Assembly: GCA_965226585.1 (NCBI GenBank)
Contig: OZ245366.1
Coordinates: 192,001-256,000, forward strand
Origin: Thermodesulfobacteriota bacterium
Lineage (GTDB): Bacteria; Desulfobacterota_D; UBA1144; Nemesobacterales; Mycalebacteriaceae
Direction: 5' to 3'
DNA: 64,000 bases
Below, one piece after another: positions 51,081-60,849 of this stretch. Each line of letters begins with the position of its first letter. Within the stretch, counting starts at the first letter, position 1. The position numbers were made by a program, and so were the translations under genes. The notes beneath the pieces are model-generated. The model did no database searches and was not told the origin of the DNA. It was given only the letters and a program-made list of their open reading frames with translations.

Positions 51081-51686
51081 TCAGGCGGCGGAAAAATACT
51101 TCTCAACCTGCTCCCAGTTGACTACTTCCCACCACGCCTTGATGTAGTCAGGGCGTCTGTTCTGGTAGTTCAGGTAGTAGGCGTGCTCCCACACGTCAAG
51201 GCCGAGAATGGGAGTCAAGCCGTCTGAAACGGGGTTGTCCTGATTAGGGGTTGAGGTAACAATGAGTTTTCCGGAATCAACGCAGAGCCACGCCCAGCCG
51301 CTTCCGAAACGGGTCGCGCCCGCTTTTGCAAACTCGTCTTTGAATGAATCAAAACTTGAAAACGCGCTTTCTATCGCCGCCCCCAGCTCTCCGCCGGGAG
51401 TTCCGCCGCCGCCGGGCGACATACAGGTCCAGAAAAGCGTGTGGTTTACATGGCCGCCGCCGTTGTTTCTTACGGCGGTTCTTATGTCAGAGGGAACAGA
51501 ATTCAGGTCTGTTATGAGTTCTTTCGGGCATTTGTCCGCGAGTTCGGGGTGTTTTTCCAGCGCGGCGTTCAGGTTTGTAATATATGTGTTGTGGTGCTTT
51601 GAATGGTGGATTTCCATCGTTTTCGCATCTATGTGCGGCGCCAAAGCGTCATAGCCGTACGGCAGTTCCGGTAAAGTATGTGCCAT
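51081..51686 (-). CDS. sodA: Superoxide dismutase, probably Mn-type
   Basis: [35 protein letters not shown]. Confidence 0.95.
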   Translation of the reverse strand: MAHTLPELPYGYDALAPHIDAKTMEIHHSKHHNTYITNLNAALEKHPELADKCPKELITDLNSVPSDIRTAVRNNGGGHVNHTLFWTCMSPGGGGTPGGELGAAIESAFSSFDSFKDEFAKAGATRFGSGWAWLCVDSGKLIVTSTPNQDNPVSDGLTPILGLDVWEHAYYLNYQNRRPDYIKAWWEVVNWEQVEKYFSAA

Positions 51687-51823
51687 CTGTATCTCCTTGT
51701 TATAAGACGAAAATTTCGCCTTCAACTCTCACCCGAGGGGTATTATAACACAAAAATTTTTGATTTTGAATAAAAATCGCAGGCGGCGGCAAGGCGTTTG
51801 AGGAAAGCCCAAAAAATGGGTTT

Positions 51824-53212
51824 TCACAGGTCGAGAAGGCTCAAAACCGCGCCGCTCAACTCTATCCGCAAGTGTTCCCGCCCTCTGACGGCTTTATGGC
51901 AATCGCTCACAACCACGCCGCCGGCCCAGATTATTTCCCCCTTGCAGGTGAAAACGGGCAGGCGGTTTCTGAGAAAAGACGGTATTTTCCTGTCGGCGAA
52001 GACGGATTTCAGTTTTTTTGTCCCTTTCATTCCGAGCGGAACGGTTCTGTCTCCGGGTCTGAAGTTTCTGACTTCAACGGGAAAACCCGTTGTTTCAAGA
52101 GAAAAATGCCCCACCTCGCGCTTTCCCCAGAGCGAAGTGTCGGAGGTTTTTTCAAATCTCGCGCTGATGCCTCCGGGAAGGTCGCGTACGCCCTCGTTTT
52201 CAACCGTTATTTCATAGTCTTGAGGGAGCGCGGCGGAACCGCTTACGCAGAAAACATCGTAGCGTTTCTCCATACTTACGCCCGCGGGAAGGCTCACGGA
52301 GCCGGAACCGGTGGACATAAGCAGCGCGTCCATATCCTCAAGGTGAGAAAAATCCAGTCTTTCAAGCCCGCCCTTTGCCGCCGAATAGGCGAGGCGCAAA
52401 ACCTCTGTGCGGACGGCGGGGTGAAGAGCGCGAAAGGGCTGAGCCGCCCCGACAAGCGCGCCGGACGCGGCGGGAAAGGGGAAAACCCCCGCGAACGCTT
52501 CCGCTGCGCGGTCTGATATGTATGAAGACTGCCGGTCTGCCGTGTCTGCAAGGCGGTTGAGAGCGGTTTTTATCTGCGGGTTGAAGCCTTCAAGGAGGGG
52601 AACAACCTGTTTGCGTATCCTGTTTCTTGTGAAAATCTCGCTGTCATTGCTTCCGTCTTCAACCCAGCGGGCGTTTTTTCTGCCCAGATATTCCTCCACC
52701 TCCGCGCGGGAGATTGCGAAAAAGGGTCTTATCAGGTTGCCGGAACGCGGTTTTATTGACGACATTCCCGCCACGCCGCTGCCGCGAATCATTCTCATCA
52801 GAACCGTCTCCGCCCTGTCGTCCATCGTGTGGGCGGTGGCAATTCTGTCCGCGCCGGTTTTTTCACAAATCTCGCGGAAAAATTCGTATCTCAACTCACG
52901 GGCGGCGTGTTCAAGCGAAAGCCGCTTCTGTTTCGCGAAATCAAGGGTGTCTGCGGAGCGCAGTTCAAACGGCAGTCCGTGTTTTTCGCACAACTGCTCA
53001 ACAAAATCGGCATCGCGGTCTGATTCGCTTCCGCGCAGGCGGTGGTTGAAGTGGCACACCACTATCCGGGGGGCGCGCTCAAACTCCAGAAGGGAGAGAA
53101 GAAGCGCGACCGAGTCCGCGCCGCCGGAAACCCCCGCCGCAACTTTCATCGCCGGGCGCGGCAGCATATCAAACTCTTCCAGCGCCGCCGTGAGTTTGTC
53201 TTCCAGTTTCAA
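51824..53212 (-). CDS. tilS: tRNA(Ile)-lysidine synthetase
   Basis: SGGADS, HFNHRLRG, ARELRY, AHTMDDRAET, RNRIR. Confidence 0.96.
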   Translation of the reverse strand: MKLEDKLTAALEEFDMLPRPAMKVAAGVSGGADSVALLLSLLEFERAPRIVVCHFNHRLRGSESDRDADFVEQLCEKHGLPFELRSADTLDFAKQKRLSLEHAARELRYEFFREICEKTGADRIATAHTMDDRAETVLMRMIRGSGVAGMSSIKPRSGNLIRPFFAISRAEVEEYLGRKNARWVEDGSNDSEIFTRNRIRKQVVPLLEGFNPQIKTALNRLADTADRQSSYISDRAAEAFAGVFPFPAASGALVGAAQPFRALHPAVRTEVLRLAYSAAKGGLERLDFSHLEDMDALLMSTGSGSVSLPAGVSMEKRYDVFCVSGSAALPQDYEITVENEGVRDLPGGISARFEKTSDTSLWGKREVGHFSLETTGFPVEVRNFRPGDRTVPLGMKGTKKLKSVFADRKIPSFLRNRLPVFTCKGEIIWAGGVVVSDCHKAVRGREHLRIELSGAVLSLLDL

Positions 53213-53853
53213 TCTTTTGACGTGGAAAGCCCCCCGGAAATAATCACGCTGAACGCCTGCTCAACGGACATGGGAACCTCCCTGACTTTGGATTCGGGAA
53301 CCATCAAGTAGAAGCCGCTTGTGGGGTTCGGTGTTGTGGGCAGAAATATGTTCACAAGAACCTCGTCCGTTACGTTGTGCGCCTCTCCGGGCTGCATTTT
53401 TCCCATAAAAAACCCTATGGAATAGACGCCCTCTTTCGGGTACTCAAAGATAACAACCCCTCTGCTGTCATCAACTCCGGGTGTGGAGAAAAGCGTTTTC
53501 AGTATCTGCTTTGAAGCGTTGTATGCCGTTCTGACAACGGGAATTGTGAGAATTATGGACTCGGCAAAACCCACAAGGCGGTTGCCGATTATGTTTCTCG
53601 TTACGTATCCGGTCATCACAACAAGAAATATCGTGAAGAAAGCGCCCACGGAGAAGGAGATGAGTTTGAAAACCCAGTCGGGAAAGGTGTAGTTGACGAA
53701 AACTGAATACTGAAGCACTTTTTGCGGAATGGCGCTTGTGAGCGAGTATATCCACAGCGATATCGTGTAGGCGAAAAATATGGCGAGACCAAACGGAACG
53801 ATTACCGCAAGCCCCGTTAAAAATCCCGTTTTGAGCCAGTTGAAAAAGCGCAT
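53209..53853 (-). CDS. DUF502 family membrane protein
   Basis: FEYP, FLPTTPNPTSGF, IISGG. Confidence 0.9.
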   Translation of the reverse strand: MRFFNWLKTGFLTGLAVIVPFGLAIFFAYTISLWIYSLTSAIPQKVLQYSVFVNYTFPDWVFKLISFSVGAFFTIFLVVMTGYVTRNIIGNRLVGFAESIILTIPVVRTAYNASKQILKTLFSTPGVDDSRGVVIFEYPKEGVYSIGFFMGKMQPGEAHNVTDEVLVNIFLPTTPNPTSGFYLMVPESKVREVPMSVEQAFSVIISGGLSTSKD

Positions 53854-53854
53854 T

Positions 53855-54145
53855 TCAGTCCGGTTTGGAATTCACCCGCGTCCGCAAAATCCTGCTGGGC
53901 TTGAAAACAACCTCGTTTCTTGAGGGAATTCCAACCTCTTCCCCGGTTGCCGGGTTTCTGCCCTTTCTGGGCTTTCTCTCTTTGACGTAGAGACTGCCGA
54001 AGTGGGGCAGTTTTACGGAATTGCCTTTTTGAAGGGCGGTTTTTACGGTGTCAAAAAAGTAGTCCACGATGTCTGCGGACTCTCTCTGCGAAAAACCGAG
54101 TTTCTCGTGTATTGAAAACGCCAAATCTTTTTTTGTTACAGCCAT
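53855..54145 (-). CDS. ihfA: Integration host factor alpha subunit
   Basis: TKKDL, FGSLYVKERKPRKGRNPATGE, FKPSRIL; directly downstream of pheT. Confidence 0.88.
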   Translation of the reverse strand: MAVTKKDLAFSIHEKLGFSQRESADIVDYFFDTVKTALQKGNSVKLPHFGSLYVKERKPRKGRNPATGEEVGIPSRNEVVFKPSRILRTRVNSKPD

Positions 54146-56560
54146 CTATCTGATACGGGCTCCAAAAGAGTCTCCGAGGGCGCGAGCCGCTTTCTCAAAA
54201 ACCGAGTTCGCCTCCTCATCGGTGAGGGTTTTTTCCTCAGACCGCAAAAGCATTGAAATCCCCACGCTCTTCATGTCTTTTCCGATGGATTCGTCCTCAA
54301 ATATGTCAAAAACCCACACACGCTCCACCAGAGGGCTGACGCCCTTCACCCCCGAAACCATAGCGCCGACTTCCAGGTCTTTTTTCACAAGAAAAGCCGC
54401 ATCGCGCCGGAGTGACGGAAACTTGGGCAACGGGGAAAAACTTTGCTCCCCGCCCTCTGCGTAAGGATAAAGTTTTTCAAGTTTCAGTTCAAGCGCGATA
54501 ACACGCTCAACATCAAACACGCGAGCCGTTTCGGGGTGTATCTCACCGATGTCTCCAATCACGGAGCCGTCAGACGAAACAACACGCGCGCTTTTGCCCG
54601 GGTGGAGATATTTTTTGTCAGAACCGGACTCAAAACCGACCGAATCCGCAAAAGACTCATCCGCGCCGGGAATAACCCTGAGCGTCTTCTCAACAAGCCC
54701 TTTCATGTCAAAGAAATCAAAATCTCCCTTTTCCCAGAGGTCTGGTCCGCCCGCGCCTGAGGCAACTGCGGAAAACGCCTTCTCCTCTCTGGGCAGCTGC
54801 CCTCTGCCTTTGTGGAAAAACACCTTTCCGGTCTCAAAAAGCCGCACATCCGGACGCTGGCGAGCGAGGTTGAACTTCAAGTTTCTGAGCAAACCCGCGA
54901 GCAAAGTGCATCTCATCGCCGAAAGCTCCCGCGAAATGGGGTTCAAAACCTCAACCATCTCCCCGGAATCAAACGCTTTAAGCAGTTCCGGGCTGTCAAA
55001 ACCGTAGTTCACGGCTTCGGAAAAGCCGTAGAGAAGAAAGACGTTTTTTATCGCGCTTTCCGCCGCCGCAGAGCGCGGGGGCTTTTGAGCGACCATGCCG
55101 ACACGGGGCTGGGTTTTCGGTATTGCGTTGTAGCCCACAAGACGCGCTATCTCCTCAACCACGTCCGCCGGGCGAGAAACATCCGGCCTGAAAGTGGGAA
55201 TTTTGAGGGAAAGAACATCGCCCGATGACTTTGCTATCTCAAAACCCAGAGCCGAGAGAAGCCGTTCCGCATCGCGCCGGTCGGAAGCGGTTCCGAGTAT
55301 TTTCCATGTTTTTTCAAGCGATATTTCCACCTCGCGCGGCTTCACCTCTTCAACACAGGTGTCTGAAAAACCGCTCGCGGGTTTGCCGCCGGCAACCGTG
55401 TTTATCAGCGCCGCCGCCCTTGCCAGAGCGAGAGGAGCGGCGGCGGGGTCAACGCCTCTTTCAAATCTGTATGACGACTCGGACGACAGTTTGAGGCGTT
55501 TTGAGCCGCGCCGTATAACGGAAGGGTTGAAGCACGCGGCTTCAAGAAGCACGTTAGTTGTTTTGTCGCTGACGGCGGACGCCTCTCCGCCCATTATTCC
55601 GGCAATGGCAACGGGTCCCCGTGAGTCTGATATGACAAGGTCTTCGGGCGCAAGGTCGTATTTTTCCGAGTCAAGAGCAACAACAGATTCGCCTTTTGAG
55701 GCGTTTCTGACTGAAACCACGCCTTCAACAAGATCTGAATCAAACGCGTGAAGGGGCTGTCCGAACTCAAGCATGACGAAGTTTGTAACGTCCACAACGT
55801 TGTTAATGGGCTTTATTCCGCAGGCGGAAAGGCGCGACCTGAGCCACAGAGGAGAAGGTCCCACCTTAACGCCCTCCACATTCGCGCAGCAGTAGCGCGC
55901 GCAAGCGTCTGTGTTGTCAATCTTCACTTCCCGCGCCGCGCCTGTCTCTTTGATTTCACCGCCGGGGACAAGTTCGGGGGGAAATTTTAAAACCCCGCCG
56001 GTCGCAACGGCTATCTCGCGCGCTATGCCTGTAATGCTGAGACAGTCAGGCCTGTTTGGCGTAACGGCAACTTCAATAACCACGCCTTCAGTGCCTTCCA
56101 CATCCGCAAGCGGCGTTCCCGGAGCAACTGAGCCGGGCAGTATCATAATTCCTTCCGATCTTGCGGCGGATATTCCAAGTTCGCTTTCACTGCAAAGCAT
56201 ACCGCCGGACTCGCATCCGCGTATTTTCGCTTTTTTGACGGTCATCCCGTCCGGATTGTCGTCGGTGGCGGGCAGTTTCGCCCCCGGAAGCGCGAGAACG
56301 GCAACGTCTCCGGCTTTCATATTTGAAGCCCCGCAAACGATACTGAGAGTCTCCCCGCCGTCTGTAACGGAACAGAGGGAAAGGCGGTCTGCGTTGGGGT
56401 GCGGGCTGACTTCCTCTATCCGCACGGCAACAACTTTTTCCGGCGCGAGGGATGTAACAGACTCCACTTCAAGCCCCGCCATTGTAAGGGTTTCGCCAAG
56501 TTCCTCAGGGGAAAGGTCAAAATCCACGTAATATTTGAGCCAGTTTAAAGTCGCTTTCAT
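54146..56560 (-). CDS. pheT: Phenylalanine--tRNA ligase beta subunit
   Basis: HPNADRL, GMLCSESELG, TPNRPDCLS, SSYRFERGVD, EEIARLVGY, LRRDAAF. Confidence 0.97.
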   Translation of the reverse strand: MKATLNWLKYYVDFDLSPEELGETLTMAGLEVESVTSLAPEKVVAVRIEEVSPHPNADRLSLCSVTDGGETLSIVCGASNMKAGDVAVLALPGAKLPATDDNPDGMTVKKAKIRGCESGGMLCSESELGISAARSEGIMILPGSVAPGTPLADVEGTEGVVIEVAVTPNRPDCLSITGIAREIAVATGGVLKFPPELVPGGEIKETGAAREVKIDNTDACARYCCANVEGVKVGPSPLWLRSRLSACGIKPINNVVDVTNFVMLEFGQPLHAFDSDLVEGVVSVRNASKGESVVALDSEKYDLAPEDLVISDSRGPVAIAGIMGGEASAVSDKTTNVLLEAACFNPSVIRRGSKRLKLSSESSYRFERGVDPAAAPLALARAAALINTVAGGKPASGFSDTCVEEVKPREVEISLEKTWKILGTASDRRDAERLLSALGFEIAKSSGDVLSLKIPTFRPDVSRPADVVEEIARLVGYNAIPKTQPRVGMVAQKPPRSAAAESAIKNVFLLYGFSEAVNYGFDSPELLKAFDSGEMVEVLNPISRELSAMRCTLLAGLLRNLKFNLARQRPDVRLFETGKVFFHKGRGQLPREEKAFSAVASGAGGPDLWEKGDFDFFDMKGLVEKTLRVIPGADESFADSVGFESGSDKKYLHPGKSARVVSSDGSVIGDIGEIHPETARVFDVERVIALELKLEKLYPYAEGGEQSFSPLPKFPSLRRDAAFLVKKDLEVGAMVSGVKGVSPLVERVWVFDIFEDESIGKDMKSVGISMLLRSEEKTLTDEEANSVFEKAARALGDSFGARIR

Positions 56561-56633
56561 ATCGGAAAACCGCACGGCGCGCGGGTATCATTGTAAAATA
56601 GTTGCGGTATAAATCAAACCGCGCCGTGCTGTT

Positions 56634-57773
56634 ATGACTGAACTTTCCCCGACACAAACGGACACTCTTTCGCGCCGGATAGCTGATGAGACGGACACTT
56701 GCGGAGCCATAACATTTGAGCGGTTTATGGAGTTAGCCCTTTACGATTCAGACTTCGGGTACTACACGGCGGGAAAAGCGCGCATGGGCAGAAGGGGAGA
56801 TTTCTACACAAGCCCTTCGGCGCACGGGGCTTTCGGGCAAACGCTTGCCGGACTGGCGGGGATTTTGAGAAAAAAACTCGGGGCGGACGGGATGACGTTT
56901 GTTGAAGCGGGAGGAGGAGGCGGGCGGCTTGCTGTTGACATACTTTCCGCCCTTGAGGAAACCGACCCCGCGTCTTACGAGGCGGTTGAATATGTGCTTG
57001 TTGACCGCAGTCCTCAGGAGAAGTGCGAGGCGGCGGGCAAACACGGAAACTTCCGCAGGGTGAAAAGTTTTTCGGAGATAGGAAAGCCGGTTTGCGGAAT
57101 TATCTTTTCAAATGAGCTTTTTGACGCGCTTCCGTTTCACCGTCTTGTGTTCAGAAACGGGGAGATAGCGGAAATTTTTGTCTCACGCGGCGGGGATGGA
57201 TTTACGGAAACCGAAGCCGCCCCGTCAGACGGGGAACTGGTTTCGTATTTTGACAGGTGCGGCGGGGCGCAGAACATGGGATTTGCCGAAGGGCAGAAGT
57301 TTGAGGTCTCTCTCAAGGCGGGAGAGATGATGAAACAGATGGCACAGACGCTTGAAAGGGGTTTGATTCTGACAATAGACTACGGTTTTCAGACGGATGA
57401 ACTGTTCAGCCCGGACAGGCGGAACGGCACTTTCAAGTGCGTTTCGGGGCATACAATCAGCGAATCGCCCTACGAAAACATAGGCGGGCAGGACATCACG
57501 GCGCATGTTGACTTCGGAAACCTTGAAAAAACCGGACAAGGGTCAGGTCTTGCAACTTTGAAATACACAACACAGGGGCAGTTTCTTGTTGACTGGGGAA
57601 TAATGGACACTGCGGCGCGGAGTCCGGAGCAGATACACGCTATAAAGACCCTTTTCATGCCCGGAACGATGGGCGACAGCTTCCGCGTTCTGATGCAGAC
57701 AAAAAACGCCCCCGAACTCGCGCAGGGCTTTTACCCCAAAAGCCCGTTCAGGATTTCTTTTGGGGTGGATTGA
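56634..57773 (+). CDS. SAM-dependent methyltransferase, MidA/NDUFAF7 family
   Basis: FMELALY...GYY, GDFYTSP, SNELFDALP, IDYG, QDITAHVDF. Confidence 0.9.
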   Translation: MTELSPTQTDTLSRRIADETDTCGAITFERFMELALYDSDFGYYTAGKARMGRRGDFYTSPSAHGAFGQTLAGLAGILRKKLGADGMTFVEAGGGGGRLAVDILSALEETDPASYEAVEYVLVDRSPQEKCEAAGKHGNFRRVKSFSEIGKPVCGIIFSNELFDALPFHRLVFRNGEIAEIFVSRGGDGFTETEAAPSDGELVSYFDRCGGAQNMGFAEGQKFEVSLKAGEMMKQMAQTLERGLILTIDYGFQTDELFSPDRRNGTFKCVSGHTISESPYENIGGQDITAHVDFGNLEKTGQGSGLATLKYTTQGQFLVDWGIMDTAARSPEQIHAIKTLFMPGTMGDSFRVLMQTKNAPELAQGFYPKSPFRISFGVD

Positions 57774-57810
57774 GGGTTTCCACAATCAGACAACAAGCCA
57801 TCCGAAAACC

Positions 57811-58479
57811 TCATTTCGCAACAAACCCGCTGACAAAAGCAACACCAACAGAATACGAATCGTAATATGCGTAGTCATCTCCGTGAAAAGGAAAGTTTGC
57901 CCCCACGAAAGGGGCTATCCAAAAGTTGTCAAAAAAACTGTCTGGGTTGTCGGAAAAACGAAAAGCAAAAGACAGTCCCGGAGATATGAACCCAGCGGAC
58001 ACATAATCATTATCAGCGTAGTCATAATCAACTGTGGGTAGTATGGAAACAAACTTGGTCGCTTTTAACTCAAACCCTATACTTGCTGAGAAACTTGTTT
58101 GGTCAGGGCCGCCTTCTTCATCTTCTTTTGTGAAACCAGCAACCAAGCTTATAAAAGGATCTATCCGTTTTTTCGGGGCAAAATGGAGTTCAACACCCCC
58201 GACAAGACCCCAAAAAGCAATTTGATCATCGGTCGTATATCTGCCATACCCGCCTGAAACCAGTAAGTTCACCATATCGTGTGCCTTCAACCTCAGTCCA
58301 AACGAGTTTGTGACCGCCTTAAAATCCGAGCCGTCAGGAAAGCTTACAGAGACCCCAACTGTGGAAAGTAAGTTTTTATTTAATAGTCCTTCGTGATAGT
58401 CCGGGCTTTCCGTTTCAGCATTTGCAGACATTCCACCAAGTCCGGAGAGTAAAATAATGCACAATAGAAACTTTTTCAT
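57811..58479 (-). CDS. Putative outer-membrane beta-barrel protein, paralog B
   Basis: Signal peptide (ANA), IDPFI, FRFSDNPDSFFDNFWIAPF shared with paralog A. Confidence 0.72.
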   Translation of the reverse strand: MKKFLLCIILLSGLGGMSANAETESPDYHEGLLNKNLLSTVGVSVSFPDGSDFKAVTNSFGLRLKAHDMVNLLVSGGYGRYTTDDQIAFWGLVGGVELHFAPKKRIDPFISLVAGFTKEDEEGGPDQTSFSASIGFELKATKFVSILPTVDYDYADNDYVSAGFISPGLSFAFRFSDNPDSFFDNFWIAPFVGANFPFHGDDYAYYDSYSVGVAFVSGFVAK

Positions 58480-58489
58480 AACAAAACCT

Positions 58490-58627
58490 CCCAAGATTAA
58501 GCCCCGAGGGCATCGGGTCTTGACAACTCACTTAACAGGGTTAAGAAGTTCTGATTATTTCCCTTTCGGGTCTTGTATTACTCAGAGACCCGATAGACGG
58601 GTCCCCGTTAAGCGAGTTGTCGGCGGT
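58490..58627 (-). ncRNA. Putative structured cis-regulatory 5' leader RNA
   Basis: 19-bp outer helix (58522-58540 with 58603-58621) whose two imperfections are G-U pairs only on the minus strand; internal CGGGUC complementary to three GACCCG copies. Confidence 0.6.
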
Positions 58628-58628
58628 A

Positions 58629-58692
58629 AATCTAATCCAAATCAAACAAGATGTCAAAGCCCGCTTGACACTCCCGCCTTCGCCGTTAGATT
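58629..58692. promoter_or_regulatory. Back-to-back divergent sigma-70 promoters
   Basis: Minus strand TTGACA-17-TAGATT towards the OMP leader; plus strand TTGACA(58665)-16-TAGATT towards the AhpD-like gene. Confidence 0.6.
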
Positions 58693-58725
58693 AAACTCAA
58701 TCTTCAAACAAGCGAGGTTTTACAC

Positions 58726-59409
58726 ATGAGCGATTCAATCTACAAAAACAACATCGGCGCCGAGATGGGCAAGTTCAAAGAGGCAAACCCGGAACTGCTT
58801 GACGCCTGGATGGGCTACCACGACAGCGTTTTTACTGAAGGCGCGCTCTCAACAAAGGAAAAACAACTCTGCGCCCTCGCGGTCGCGCACATCACATCAT
58901 GCCCCTACTGCATAAGGTCGCGCACCACCGCTTCGCTGAAAGCCGGAGCAACGGAACAGGAAATCGTTGAAGTAATCTACGTCTCAATGCGCCTCGCAAT
59001 GGGCGCGCCCTACGCCTTTTCAAGCATAGCGTTTGAGGCGCTGGAACACATGGAAAAGAAAATTCCGCTCTCAGAAGGACATTTCTTCACAAAAGACATA
59101 ATGAAATACATCACCACCTTCAAAGAAGAAAGCGGTGACATCAAGGAGCCCTTTGAGCACTTTCACGAACAAACCTTTACAGACGGCGCGCTTACGAAAA
59201 AATTCAAACGCGGTATTGTCGCGCTCTGCTGCGCTCTGGTAACAAAATGCCCCTACTGCATAAGGTCTTGCGTGAGAGACGGAAAAGCCGAAGGCGTAAC
59301 CTCCAAAGAGGTGGCGGAAGCCGTGAACGTCTCCATGGTTATGGCAGCGGGCGCGTGCTGGGCGCATTCATCCATAGCGATGGAAACCATAGCCAAAGCG
59401 CAGAAATAA
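58726..59409 (+). CDS. Tandem carboxymuconolactone decarboxylase/AhpD-like protein (two domains)
   Basis: Two repeats of GAL...K...AL...CPYCIRS...G.T..E..E. Confidence 0.87.
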   Translation: MSDSIYKNNIGAEMGKFKEANPELLDAWMGYHDSVFTEGALSTKEKQLCALAVAHITSCPYCIRSRTTASLKAGATEQEIVEVIYVSMRLAMGAPYAFSSIAFEALEHMEKKIPLSEGHFFTKDIMKYITTFKEESGDIKEPFEHFHEQTFTDGALTKKFKRGIVALCCALVTKCPYCIRSCVRDGKAEGVTSKEVAEAVNVSMVMAAGACWAHSSIAMETIAKAQK

Positions 59410-59428
59410 CCGCGCCGAACTCCGTATT

Positions 59429-60823
59429 TTGACACAACCCGTCAAAACTGCGGCGGATGACACCATATCCGCAATCTCCACGCCGCCCGGCAAAGGCGGG
59501 ATATGCGTTATACGCATAAGCGGCGGGGAATCTCTTGCGATAATACGCAAAATTTTTATGTTTCACGTGAAACATCGCGACTTCAAACCGCGCGTGATGT
59601 ATGCCGGGTCGGTTGTTGACCCGCAAGACGGGTCGGTTGTTGACAGCGTTATGTGCGTGTTTATGAAGGCTCCGAACTCCCACACCGGAGAGGATTCCGC
59701 CGAGATTCACTGCCACGGCGGAAGCGCGGTTTCAGAAAGAATAATAGACCTGACCCTCAAATACGGATGCCGTCCGGCGGGTCCCGGAGAGTTCACCCGG
59801 CGGGCTTTTATGAACGGGAAGATAGATCTCACTCAGGCGCAAGCGGTGGCAGACATAATAAACGCGCAGACAGAACTGGGGCTCAGACAGGCGGGACTGC
59901 AACTCTCCGGCGGTCTTTCAGACAGAATAAACACACCAAAGGCGCGCCTTCTGGATGTTCTCGCTGAGATTGAGGCAAGGATAGATTTTCCCGAAGAGGA
60001 AACCGGAGAGGTTAAAACGGAAACCCTGAAAAAAGGGGCGGAAACCGTCCGCGGGGAGTTAGAATCCCTTCTTTCCACCTATGCGGCGGGAAGCCTCATA
60101 CGCGAAGGCGCGGGCGTTGCGATAGTGGGAAGCCCCAATGTCGGCAAATCAAGCATTATGAACGCCCTGCTCGGCAGAGAACGCTCCATAACAAGCGCGG
60201 AGCCGGGAACCACAAGAGACTACATTGAGGAACAGATATCCATAGACGGTATAACCGTCCGCCTCACAGACACGGCGGGAATAAGAGACGCGACAAGCGA
60301 AGCTGAAAAAACCGGCATAATGATGGCTCAGGACAAAGCCCTCGGGGCAGACATCAGGGTGCTTGTTGTTGATGGAAGCGAGCCTCTTTCCGGCGAAGAC
60401 AGAAAAGCGGTTGAGAATTGCCCTGAAAATACCGTTGTTGTGGTTAACAAGACGGATATGGGAACTGCCGGCATGAATGGCGTCCGGTGTGGAACGGGTG
60501 TGGAAAAAACCGTTTTTACATCGGCAAAAACAGGGGAAGGAATTGAAAATCTCAAAGAAACCATAGGGAAAACCCTGACGGAAAACACAGATCCCGTTGA
60601 AAGCAACGAAGCGGCTCTTACCGGAATCCGCCAGAAGCATTGTGTTGAAAACGCTCTCCGGGCAGTCAACCTGTTCCTGACTCTTATGGAGCAGAAGGAG
60701 TCGCCGGAAATACTGTCAATAAAGGTCAAAGAGGCAATGGACAGTCTGGGGGAGATAACGGGAGAAACCTCAACGGAAGATATGCTCGGTGTTATTTTCG
60801 GCAAATTCTGCATAGGAAAATAA
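59429..60823 (+). CDS. mnmE: tRNA modification GTPase MnmE/TrmE
   Basis: DTISAISTPPG, GSPNVGKSS, GTTRD, DTAGIR, NKTD, C-terminal FCIGK. Confidence 0.98.
   Translation: MTQPVKTAADDTISAISTPPGKGGICVIRISGGESLAIIRKIFMFHVKHRDFKPRVMYAGSVVDPQDGSVVDSVMCVFMKAPNSHTGEDSAEIHCHGGSAVSERIIDLTLKYGCRPAGPGEFTRRAFMNGKIDLTQAQAVADIINAQTELGLRQAGLQLSGGLSDRINTPKARLLDVLAEIEARIDFPEEETGEVKTETLKKGAETVRGELESLLSTYAAGSLIREGAGVAIVGSPNVGKSSIMNALLGRERSITSAEPGTTRDYIEEQISIDGITVRLTDTAGIRDATSEAEKTGIMMAQDKALGADIRVLVVDGSEPLSGEDRKAVENCPENTVVVVNKTDMGTAGMNGVRCGTGVEKTVFTSAKTGEGIENLKETIGKTLTENTDPVESNEAALTGIRQKHCVENALRAVNLFLTLMEQKESPEILSIKVKEAMDSLGEITGETSTEDMLGVIFGKFCIGK
59559..59574. promoter_or_regulatory. parS centromere site (ParB binding) inside mnmE
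   Basis: Perfect TGTTTCACGTGAAACA palindrome. Confidence 0.9.
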
Positions 60824-60828
60824 CCCGG

Positions 60829-60844
60829 TGTTTCACGTGAAACA
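60829..60844. promoter_or_regulatory. parS centromere site
   Basis: Perfect TGTTTCACGTGAAACA, 5 nt after the mnmE stop. Confidence 0.92.
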
Positions 60845-60849
60845 TTCCG

